DNA of 64,000 bases from Sphingomonas sp. (GTDB lineage Bacteria; Pseudomonadota; Alphaproteobacteria; Sphingomonadales; Sphingomonadaceae): assembly GCF_035998645.1 (NCBI RefSeq), contig NZ_DASYHL010000005.1:807487-871486 (forward strand). The letters are read 5' to 3'. The position numbers were made by a program, and so were the translations under genes. Position 1 is the stretch's first letter, and every line of letters begins with the position of its first letter. The notes under the pieces were generated by a model that saw only the letters and a list, made by a program, of their open reading frames with translations, was not told the DNA's origin and ran no database searches. Below are positions 38,376 to 46,642 of this stretch, one piece after another.

Positions 38376-39394
38376 GGTGCTTCCTCCCGCGCCTGCGCCT
38401 CGGCATGGCGCGCGAGCAGCCAGTCGGCGGCCTTGCTCGCCTGCGAGGCGGCGCGAAAGATCGCGCGGTTATCCTCCTTGAGCACCGCCAGCCACGCGCC
38501 GAGATAATCGGCGTGGCGCACGGTCGGCGCGATCCCGAGCGCAGCGCACAGGAATGCCGAGCCGAGTTCGGCGACCAGTTCCTCGCGCGCATAATCCTTC
38601 GACCCGAACGGATTGAGGATCTGGCGCGCAAGCCGTGAGGGGTGGCCCGTCGCGTGGGTCAGCTCGTGCAGTGCGGTGCGGTAGTAGTTGATCTGCTCGA
38701 AAAAGGCGGGCTGCGGCGGGACCTGCACGAAATCCTGCGCGGGCGCGTAATAAGCCTGCGCCCCGCCGATCCGGAACGGCACCCCCGAAGCGGCGATCAC
38801 CTGTTCGGCGACCGGCACGATCTCGCGTTCGGCAAGCGGCGCGGGATCGCTTGCGAGTCCCGCGCGCAAGCCTTCGCACTGCGCGACGTTGAACACGGTA
38901 AAGCGCTTGAGGAACGGCACCGCTTTGGCCTCGCCGCCATCGCGCGCGGCGCGCTGCTTCTCGCCCTGCGGCACGAAGCGGTCGGCATAGACCACCCCGG
39001 TGCCGCGCTCGCCCTTGCGCACGCGCCCGCCCGCCTCAATCGCTTGCTTGAAGGTCACCCAGCTTTGCGAGGGCCAGCCCTGTTCGATCACCGCGCCCCA
39101 CAGGATCAGGACATTGATCCCCGAATAGGGCCGGGCGGTGAGCGCGTTGCGCGGCATCGCGACCCCGGTCGCGGCCCCTGACCCCCAAGGCTGCACCCAT
39201 GGCACGCGCCCGGCTTCAAGCTGCGCGATGATCGCGGCGGTCACCTCGGCATAAAGGTCACGGCGCGGCGGCGCTGTCCCGCGCGCGCGTGCGCTTGCCG
39301 CGTCGGCCCGGCTCGCTCGGGTGCGCTTGGTCGACGTCGACGATTGATCGGGGGTCCGGCGGATGGTCCGGACGGAACGTTTGGTAGCAGGCAT
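38366..39394 (-). CDS. ardC: ArdC-family ssDNA-binding antirestriction protein (DUF1738 + zincin)
   Basis: GRVPWVQPW, YSGINVLILW, VRKGERG, ALHELTHATGH (HExxH), YAREELVAELGSAFL. Confidence 0.92.
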   Translation of the reverse strand: MPATKRSVRTIRRTPDQSSTSTKRTRASRADAASARARGTAPPRRDLYAEVTAAIIAQLEAGRVPWVQPWGSGAATGVAMPRNALTARPYSGINVLILWGAVIEQGWPSQSWVTFKQAIEAGGRVRKGERGTGVVYADRFVPQGEKQRAARDGGEAKAVPFLKRFTVFNVAQCEGLRAGLASDPAPLAEREIVPVAEQVIAASGVPFRIGGAQAYYAPAQDFVQVPPQPAFFEQINYYRTALHELTHATGHPSRLARQILNPFGSKDYAREELVAELGSAFLCAALGIAPTVRHADYLGAWLAVLKEDNRAIFRAASQASKAADWLLARHAEAQAREEAPCA

Positions 39395-40404
39395 CAGCGT
39401 CACTCCTTCCCCGCCCCGCACAAGGCCTCCCCGGAAAAGCGGGGGTGGGCGGCACGAGCGACCGCAGAGGCGCGGCAACGAGCGGGGCCTGCACCCTGTC
39501 CGGGGTCCCCGGCGCGCAGCGACGGGGTGGCAGGGCCGCAACGCAGTGAAGGAGCCGCGTCAGCGGCTTGCCGGCCCCGCGGCCGCGCCTAGCAGGGCGC
39601 GCCGCCCATCCCCGCTTGAACGGGAGAGGCCACAAGCAACGCCGCCGCGCGCCAGCGTGGCGACCGCACGCACCCCGCCGGGCGGCAAGCCCGGCGGCAA
39701 CAGAAAACCGGCACCCCGCACCGCGTCGGCCGGAACAGCGGCAGCGCACCGGGCTTCGCAGCCTGGACGGGGCATGGCGTCCGGGCGCGAAACCGGGCGC
39801 GCCGCCCGGCCGCAAGGCGGAGTGCCTGCGGGGCCGCGATCGGGCGCCGCACCCTGTCCGGCGGCTGCGGCCACCCCACCGCGCCAGCGTGTGGGCGGCC
39901 GCAGCCGTCCGGCAGTGTGCGTCAAGAGCCCCGCTCCACGTTCGGCCAGCAGCGCTGGCCCCGCCAGCCGATCGTCACCGCATGGCCGAGACCCGCCCCG
40001 AGGCTCGGTGGGGACGGGACCGGAGCCATAGAGCGGCGATCGCGCGGACAGTCCCGCGCGAGGCGGCAGGGTCCCGACACGACCGATCGCCCCCGCCCAT
40101 CAATCGATGGCAATCTCGAACCGTTACCCGCAGTCTTCGAAGGTGGGACGAACCCCCTGCGCGCATGCGCGCATTTGGTCGAGCTTCTGGTGGAGCGTCT
40201 TCGATTCGCGCACGCCTTGGGCAACCGCCAACGATCCGCGATGTTGTCCGGGGTCAGTTCGCCGACTGGCTGCAGGTTCCGAACCGGGCCGGCGATTTTT
40301 GGGCCGTGAGTGGACTGGCAGGTATCGGGCGCGACGCAACGGATACCCGCCTTGCGGGCGCAGGCGTCGTCATCGCTCTCGGCTGTTTAACAAGGGCGCG
40401 AACG

Positions 40405-41178
40405 TTACCGGCTCGCGTCAAGGATCACGGAGACAGTTTCTTCCGGCTGGTCCCACATAGGAAAATGTCCGCTGTGCTCAAACCAATGCATTTGGGCAGA
40501 AGGAAAGGCAGCCATCGCCCGCGCCGCCTGCGTCGGCAGACACAGCCGATCATGGCGACCCCAACCGATTACAATCCGCTGTGAAGGATCGGCTGCTGGG
40601 CCAACTTGCTCGGGCCCGCTCGCCAGATCTTGAACCAATGCGTCGAATGTCGGAGTTGTACTCAGGCTTCCCAGTTCCGTCGCAACGGTTTGCGGATCAA
40701 GCGCCCAAGGTCGCGCGGACAGCTGCGCCAGCAACGCTGTGCGTGATGCGGCATTATTGCTCAGCGTGGGCAGAGCCGGCCGAATTGCCCGAAGCAGCCG
40801 GCCGGAGACGCCTATAGTCGTCTTGAAGAATGTGCGCTCCCACCCGCGCCAAAAGCCACCAGGGTCAAGTGCCACGACGGAGCCAACGCGGCCTCGCCGT
40901 GCCAGTTCGAGCACGATCCTTGCTCCCATCGAGCTACCGACGACGTCGATGCCGTCCAGTTGGTTGTCGGAGATATACCGCTCAACGCTGCCAACAAGTC
41001 CGAGAAAGGTTCCGCTATCGCGTTCTGCCGGGGTGGCGCCATGACCAGGAAGATCAATCATAATCACCGTCCTTTCGGCGGCGAGCGCGGCCATGACGGT
41101 GCTCCACGATTGCCAACTGCCGCCTAGACCGTGAACAAGTAATAGCCTGCGACCGGTGCCGCGTTGGACTTCGTTCAT
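40405..41178 (-). CDS. Alpha/beta-fold hydrolase
   Basis: LLVHGLGG, DLPGHG, GSSMG nucleophile elbow, WGRHD, SGHFP. Confidence 0.9.
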   Translation of the reverse strand: MNEVQRGTGRRLLLVHGLGGSWQSWSTVMAALAAERTVIMIDLPGHGATPAERDSGTFLGLVGSVERYISDNQLDGIDVVGSSMGARIVLELARRGRVGSVVALDPGGFWRGWERTFFKTTIGVSGRLLRAIRPALPTLSNNAASRTALLAQLSARPWALDPQTVATELGSLSTTPTFDALVQDLASGPEQVGPAADPSQRIVIGWGRHDRLCLPTQAARAMAAFPSAQMHWFEHSGHFPMWDQPEETVSVILDASR

Positions 41179-41635
41179 TCAGGAAACCTCCGATGGATCA
41201 TATTGCTCAACGATCGGAGTTAGACTTCGGGGCCAATCAAGTTTCTCTGTGATCGACTCCTATTTCCGGGTAACTAAGAGCAGCGGGCATGGTCGTTCGT
41301 AAGGCTGAGCCAGTGGCAGCTAACGGGTAACTAAGCCTCAAACCGTAACGACTGAAATTGAGGCGCATTGCGGACAGGGAGTTTGCGCCGAAGCCAGCCG
41401 ACAGATTTTGGCAGCGCCTATAGGACCGTCAGATAATAAGCCGAACCTGCCCCCTCCCCGGAAGCGGACCGTCACCCGCAGGGCCGGGATCCGGCGTCAG
41501 CCGGGCCCGGTCGGCACTAGCCGATAGGGCGGCGGTGAACCTGAAAGGCACCGGACGCCGCGTTGCTGACGACCACCCGGCCCACCCCGTAACCGGTAGC
41601 GCCTGGCGCATCGCAGTGCGATCAAGTCGTCGGCT

Positions 41636-42208
41636 TCACGCCGGCGCGAAGTCGCCCTGGATCGCAGCAACCTGATCTAGCGCCGATGCGATTGCCATTT
41701 CTCGCTGTTCGGGCCCGTAGGCGACACCTTCGGCGATCACGAATTCGGGCTGCGCGATGCCGATAAAGCCAAGCATTGCGCGCAGATGCGTTTCGGCATG
41801 TTCCGATGCAGCCGAGCCATCGGCATAGTGGCCGCCGCGTGCCAGTGCGACCAGGACGCGCTTGCCGCCGGCCAGACCTTCGACCCCGTTCTCGCCATAG
41901 CGGAACGTCTTGCCGGCGATGAGGATGTGGTCGAACCAGCTCTTGAGCTGTGTGGGGATCCCGAAATTGTACATCGCAGCGCCAATCACCACGATGTCGG
42001 CAGCAAGGAACGCGTCGAGCGTGGCGGTCGCCTCGGGCGTGGCGAAGCCGGGAAGGGTCAAGTGTGGCAGCGGCTGTGCGCAAAGATCGCGGTAGGACAG
42101 CTCAAGTCCGCTGTGCGACCGGCGCAGCTGTTCGACGATCGCGGCGGAAAGGATGCGGCTGACCGAAGAGTCGCCTTGGATCGATGAATCAAGATGAAGT
42201 AGGTGCAT
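41636..42208 (-). CDS. azoR: FMN-dependent NADH-azoreductase
   Basis: LHLDSSIQGDSSVSR, MYNFGIPTQLKSWFD, GKTFRYGENG. Confidence 0.9.
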   Translation of the reverse strand: MHLLHLDSSIQGDSSVSRILSAAIVEQLRRSHSGLELSYRDLCAQPLPHLTLPGFATPEATATLDAFLAADIVVIGAAMYNFGIPTQLKSWFDHILIAGKTFRYGENGVEGLAGGKRVLVALARGGHYADGSAASEHAETHLRAMLGFIGIAQPEFVIAEGVAYGPEQREMAIASALDQVAAIQGDFAPA

Positions 42209-42294
42209 GGGGCCTGTTCCTGTCTTACGTGGCCCACACCACGTAGAGTGCCCCTTCGCCCGGCCAAGAACGCATATTTTCGAGACCTAGTCAC

Positions 42295-42675
42295 ATGGAT
42301 ATGACCGCTTCCACGACGCATAACCCCGCCCGATGCCAGGAGGTGGCGCGCCATCTGGGATGGATCGGGGATCGATGGACGTTGCCGGTCGTCGTCGTGC
42401 TTGCGTCGGGTACGCTGCGCTTCAATGAACTGCGCAGGGCTGTCGCGGGGATATCACAACAGATGCTCACCCGCACGCTGCGCCGCCTCGAACGCGATGG
42501 CGTAGTGACCCGGACAGTGCGTCCCACGGTTCCGCCGATGGTCGAATATGCCCTCACCCCGCTGGGGCATTCGCTGGCTGCGCTCGGCCAGGACTTGGGG
42601 CGCTGGGTGGTGGATCAAGAAGCGGCGATCCATGCCAGCCAAGCCGCGTTCGACGCGCGGGTAGCTTCGGAATAA
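42295..42675 (+). CDS. HxlR-family winged-helix regulator, divergent from azoR
   Basis: IGDRWT, LRFNELRR, ISQQMLTRTLRRLERDG, PPMVEYALTPLG. Confidence 0.92.
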   Translation: MDMTASTTHNPARCQEVARHLGWIGDRWTLPVVVVLASGTLRFNELRRAVAGISQQMLTRTLRRLERDGVVTRTVRPTVPPMVEYALTPLGHSLAALGQDLGRWVVDQEAAIHASQAAFDARVASE

Positions 42676-43250
42676 CGGTCTGTGCGATGAACGTGCCGGG
42701 GCGGCGCGACAATTTCCGGGGCTCATCGGGCACTGGGCGCCTGATTGGCTGATATGGCGCTTTGCTAATTGTCAGCTGATGGCGAAACCGGCCCGGCCGT
42801 TTGTGGCCGCTTGCCGCATATCCGCTTTTGGACAGACACCCGCCGAAGCAGACGGTCGAGGACATGTCACTCATTCTCGGTCGAGAGCGTGTGCCGTGGT
42901 TATGGCTCGCAGTATAAGCACGGTTATGGGGGCACGATTAGCGGCTCCGGACACGTTGAGGGGCGAGCTGTGCAAGACGCACCCAAATCGCGAGCACCAC
43001 ACCCACGTGCATCGATCTCAGCGCCGGGCTCGCGCTCAATTATGACGACATTCCAACCGCCACAGGTGGACCGTGCTTTGCGACTCAGCGCACGGTTGAA
43101 TGCCGCTTCAGCGGATCGATTAACCCGGACAGGATGTGCAACTACCGCGTAAAATTGGGCCTGCGCACCGCTCAGTGACCTGAGGCCATGACCCGCCACC
43201 TCGAACGTGCTCCAATCCAATGACTATCTCGACAAGTTGGAGGCCGCTCC

Positions 43251-44174
43251 CTAGCCCGTCAGGAAAATCTGGTAACGCCAAGAGGCGTAGGCCAGTATTT
43301 CGTTGTGGCTTTCCGAAAATAGCGCGAGCCGTTCTGCTGACACGGGGACATAAGGTTTTGGCTCGCCCCCGGAGGCCTTTGCGTCCCGCTGACCGCACCA
43401 TGGCGGTGCCGATTCGGGATCGAGCCCGAAGTGCGCCAGTATTTCGGCGTAGCGCGCGCTAAGTTGTTCGTAGCCCACTGAAATCATATTTTCTCGGGAG
43501 AGCGACGCAAAAGAATCAAGCGCCGCGCAATAGCGGTGAGTCGCTGCAATCAGCACCGGATCCGACTCGGTCGGAGTAATTATCGGCAATGAGATCAACT
43601 CCTTCAACCTGCCCGCCTGAAGATACGGCGGTGGCTTTCGGGAGAGGGATTCCAGCACAGCGCTTGGCTCTCGATGCAGGAAGATGAACCGCGCTGCAGG
43701 CATTCGATCGAGTAGATTGCGGTGGTGAAGGTGCATTTGGCTTCCGAACTTGACCACCAGGGGCGCTCCGCGTTCCTGCGCCCAGCCGCGCCAGGCGTTC
43801 AGCATCGCAAGACAGGCGCGCATCGCCACATCGGCGCTAATGCTGCCCCACATGCGATGACGAAGGATGCGGAAAAATGGTGGCTCGCTCAATACCATAG
43901 CCTGCCCACTCGCTCTGATATTGCTCGCAAGCAATGTCGAGCCGCACCGGGACACATGAAATATGGCGCTAAAGTTAGCGAAGCCATCGCTCACTTCAGG
44001 TTGGACAGAGAGCCACTCGTCGAACCCTATCATGCCAACATGTCCGGTCCTCTCCGCGACGCTCGCGCTGAAAAACGGCTGAGTCATATCGAGCAGATCG
44101 GGATCGATCAGGCGAACAACATTGTGGTGACCATAGCGCTTAAACAGATATGGCAGACGCAAATTGCTGCTCAC
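43251..44174 (-). CDS. Sulfotransferase-fold protein (RiPP tailoring candidate)
   Basis: GTGA overlap with the upstream stop; 5'-PSB-like HVSRCGSTLL, LSEPP, 3'-PB-like IFLHREPSAVLESL. Confidence 0.75.
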   Translation of the reverse strand: MSSNLRLPYLFKRYGHHNVVRLIDPDLLDMTQPFFSASVAERTGHVGMIGFDEWLSVQPEVSDGFANFSAIFHVSRCGSTLLASNIRASGQAMVLSEPPFFRILRHRMWGSISADVAMRACLAMLNAWRGWAQERGAPLVVKFGSQMHLHHRNLLDRMPAARFIFLHREPSAVLESLSRKPPPYLQAGRLKELISLPIITPTESDPVLIAATHRYCAALDSFASLSRENMISVGYEQLSARYAEILAHFGLDPESAPPWCGQRDAKASGGEPKPYVPVSAERLALFSESHNEILAYASWRYQIFLTG

Positions 44175-45076
44175 GGCGTGGCCCAGTGTGACGTGTCGGC
44201 AAGTTTTCGAACATGGCTGCTGACTGCGAAGCGACCGCCCGCGAAGTGATGTTCGGCGAGATGGGTTGGCCCGACCGCATGATAGAACCAGCTGGGAAAC
44301 ACAACTAGCCGGTTCGGGATCGCCGCTACTTTGGTAAACCAGCTGGGCGAGATTTCCTGCCTCCCGAGATCTGTGTCCAGGACCGACAATTCGCCTCCAG
44401 TAAACCGTACCGGGACCTGCGCGAAATAATAGAGCCAAGTAATAGCTCGCCCCGCGCTTGCAACAGGGCCGTGGTTGTCGGCATGAGGCTTGAAGAAGCC
44501 ACCTTCGATATGATTTGTTAGCTTAATCTCGACCCGGTCCACCTTGAACTTCGGCAGACCGAGTGCACGTTGAAATCTCTCGAGATTAGCGTCGAGGAAA
44601 TCGAGAAAATATTGGCGCTTATAAGTGAATTGCGGGTTTACGAGCGTACGCCGCTTTGCCGGATCATAAACCGCGGTTTCCGAGAATGTTCGCGCATCAA
44701 AAAACTGCGGCTCAAGATCGCAAGCGTGTCGATGCAGCGCGTTCATCTCGTCCACGGGCAGAAAATCGTCGATCACTAGAATCGGCGAAATGACGTGGTT
44801 GCCCGGCGACCGGAGGCCCGGCGGGATGACGGCCTCTGGATCGAAAGCCTCTAGTACGTCCTCCGCCCCCACCGCGTTCAGATGGTCGACAAAGGCTGCC
44901 CGCGCTGACCTTAGATCCCCACATCGCCTCAGAAGATTCGCCCGCATGAGATGGGGTTGCGCACCGGCCCTGCCCAAGGCGATGCGCGCGTCCAGCTGCT
45001 CCAGCAATGCGTGCGTGTCACTACGATTGCTCAGTCGCGTCAGCTTCTCATAATATTCCTGCGTCTGGTTCCGCAT
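44171..45076 (-). CDS. 2OG-Fe(II) oxygenase (prolyl-4-hydroxylase-like) with short N-terminal helical/TPR-like extension
   Basis: KPHADN (HxD), ITWLYYF, FTGGEL, NRLVVFPSWFYHAV, RFAVS. Confidence 0.85.
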   Translation of the reverse strand: MRNQTQEYYEKLTRLSNRSDTHALLEQLDARIALGRAGAQPHLMRANLLRRCGDLRSARAAFVDHLNAVGAEDVLEAFDPEAVIPPGLRSPGNHVISPILVIDDFLPVDEMNALHRHACDLEPQFFDARTFSETAVYDPAKRRTLVNPQFTYKRQYFLDFLDANLERFQRALGLPKFKVDRVEIKLTNHIEGGFFKPHADNHGPVASAGRAITWLYYFAQVPVRFTGGELSVLDTDLGRQEISPSWFTKVAAIPNRLVVFPSWFYHAVGPTHLAEHHFAGGRFAVSSHVRKLADTSHWATP

Positions 45077-45084
45077 CTGTGCTG

Positions 45085-45354
45085 TTAATCCGCTCGTTTC
45101 ACGAGTTTTGCAGATTGGAGCCCCGCGAAGAAATTTTTTAGATCCGCCTCACATTGTAACGAAGTTAGCGAGTATTTCTCTTGGATTATTGCGGCGATCT
45201 GATCCAACGTCCGAGCGCCATCAACAAGATCCCAAATGACGCGACCCGTCTTGTTCAGTTCGATGAAATCTCCGGTGTCTATCGACATTAAAATTTTCAT
45301 CTCGCCCGACTCAGCCATCATCACATCATCGGCATATGCGAATACGTCCTGCAT
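45085..45354 (-). CDS. PqqD-family RiPP recognition element (lasso B1/E-like)
   Basis: FIELNKTGRVIWDLVDGARTLDQIAAIIQEKY...CEADLKNFFAGL. Confidence 0.88.
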   Translation of the reverse strand: MQDVFAYADDVMMAESGEMKILMSIDTGDFIELNKTGRVIWDLVDGARTLDQIAAIIQEKYSLTSLQCEADLKNFFAGLQSAKLVKRAD

Positions 45355-45355
45355 T

Positions 45356-46285
45356 TCAGCCAACTGAGCCCCTCCTCCTTCTTTCATCAGCGATTTTCGC
45401 AATGGCGTCCTCCGCTTTGGCCACTACCTCCGCCACCGTATCGTGCGCCGCCGGGCGGGCGATCCGCCAGACCGGTACAGCGTGCGCCAAAGCAGTCCAT
45501 TTTATCAACAATCCCGGCAGCTTGGCCCGCGCGATGAACCGCTTGCGAAAGCTGTGCGCCCATAGCAGGGCAATCGCTTCGCTTACTGGCACGCGTTCCA
45601 AGGAAACCTGAGTAACGCCACGTTGCTCGAGCACGATAACGCCCGAAAGGGGGTAAGGTGTGGCAGCAAAAAGGTGCTCGGTCGGCAGAACGCGTTTCCC
45701 TTTACTGCAGCGCATTTCGGTCTTCATCGTTTGGAAATCGGGTAGCCCGACCAAAACATCGTCAGCCAATTTGGTAACGCGTGGTCCGGCGGGGATCATG
45801 AACTCCGGCGCGTCGCCTACGACGGTGACATCATCTCCCAGCGTCTCGCCGCCGTTAGCCAGCAAGTGCGCGAGAGTCGTAGACTTGCCTGCGCCGCTCC
45901 GCCCACAAATGAGGTAGGCGTGCCCGGCACGGCACAGGCTGCCTCCGTGAAGAACGACGTTGCCGCGCTGATGGTGAATGGTCGCCAAACCGGTGCCCAG
46001 CAGATGGGCAAAAATAGGAGCGTCAGGGCCCGTTGGCGCTCGCTCAAAAACGATTCTCTTGCCCTCGGTGATCAGTAGCCGACCTATCCCTGGCACTTCG
46101 ACAAGGACTTGATCGCCTGAGACCTCGTAGAGGGGGCGAACCTTCTCAGCCTGCTCGAGGGATGCTGGAACATTGCCTTCATCCACTTGCACTTGGTTTT
46201 CGCAAAACGGACTGGACAGGGCTTCGAGCCCGGGGACCGGCAAACCCGCCTGAATCGTCAAGCCCAAAACGTCATAACAATGCAT
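45356..46285 (-). CDS. HPr-kinase-like peptide kinase (lasso K type)
   Basis: VLHGGSL, Walker A GRSGAGKST, LGDDV. Confidence 0.85.
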   Translation of the reverse strand: MHCYDVLGLTIQAGLPVPGLEALSSPFCENQVQVDEGNVPASLEQAEKVRPLYEVSGDQVLVEVPGIGRLLITEGKRIVFERAPTGPDAPIFAHLLGTGLATIHHQRGNVVLHGGSLCRAGHAYLICGRSGAGKSTTLAHLLANGGETLGDDVTVVGDAPEFMIPAGPRVTKLADDVLVGLPDFQTMKTEMRCSKGKRVLPTEHLFAATPYPLSGVIVLEQRGVTQVSLERVPVSEAIALLWAHSFRKRFIARAKLPGLLIKWTALAHAVPVWRIARPAAHDTVAEVVAKAEDAIAKIADERRRRGSVG

Positions 46286-46393
46286 ATGTCATTTGACCGA
46301 ACTCGACACGCCAGTGCCCGCAACAAGCGCCATATCACCCGACGCGAAAGCTGCATCCATGCATCGACGATAGTGCGTGTGGCGGCCTTCCTA

Positions 46394-46525
46394 TCAGGAA
46401 GGGCGTCCGGTGAAATCCTCGTCTAGGTCTATGATCCCGCCGCGGATATCGTCAGTTCCGGCTACGACTGTGAAAGTCGGCGTTTCCCAAGGCATCTTTT
46501 CGTCTGGCTCGGCAGGTGTCGTCAT
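46394..46525 (-). CDS. RiPP precursor peptide, 43 aa: MTTPAEPDEKMPWETPTFTVVAGTDDIRGGIIDLDEDFTGRPS
   Basis: GGGA RBS; lies between cyclase and kinase; WxxP leader motif; Gly-rich junction with Asp/Glu at positions 7-9 of the putative core; C-terminal Ser. Confidence 0.8.
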   Translation of the reverse strand: MTTPAEPDEKMPWETPTFTVVAGTDDIRGGIIDLDEDFTGRPS

Positions 46526-46642
46526 GCTCGATTCCCGGTTTGGATCCAAGTTATTCGCAAGCTTGGCAAAAGTTGTCAATTTCCTATCAAAACCAGACGG
46601 AGATGCAATCCTCGCAAGTCCTTAACTGTGGCTGCAGCTGGC

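Larger units (their letters stand above)
9464..39900 (-). mobile_element. ICE/IME-like segment: transfer-initiation core, cargo and leading-region genes (boundaries not defined)
   Basis: HTH(rdfS)-traF-lytic transglycosylase-rlxS order matches the ICEMlSym-type core; DUF736, ardC, parB and DUF2958 are on the same strand. No integrase, att site or T4SS seen. Confidence 0.6.

Noticed and set aside
42924-43220. 98-codon TTG-start ORF right after the sulfotransferase, considered as the missing B2 peptidase
   Set aside because: No Cys-His-Asp transglutaminase motifs (CLxRS, HAW), weak start and too short; left unannotated.
46546-46579. TTGACA hexamer and longer 61-aa version of the precursor ORF
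   Set aside because: The TTG start coincides with a -35-like TTGACA and the ATG at 46525 has a better RBS; no convincing -10 element, so neither the extension nor the promoter is called.
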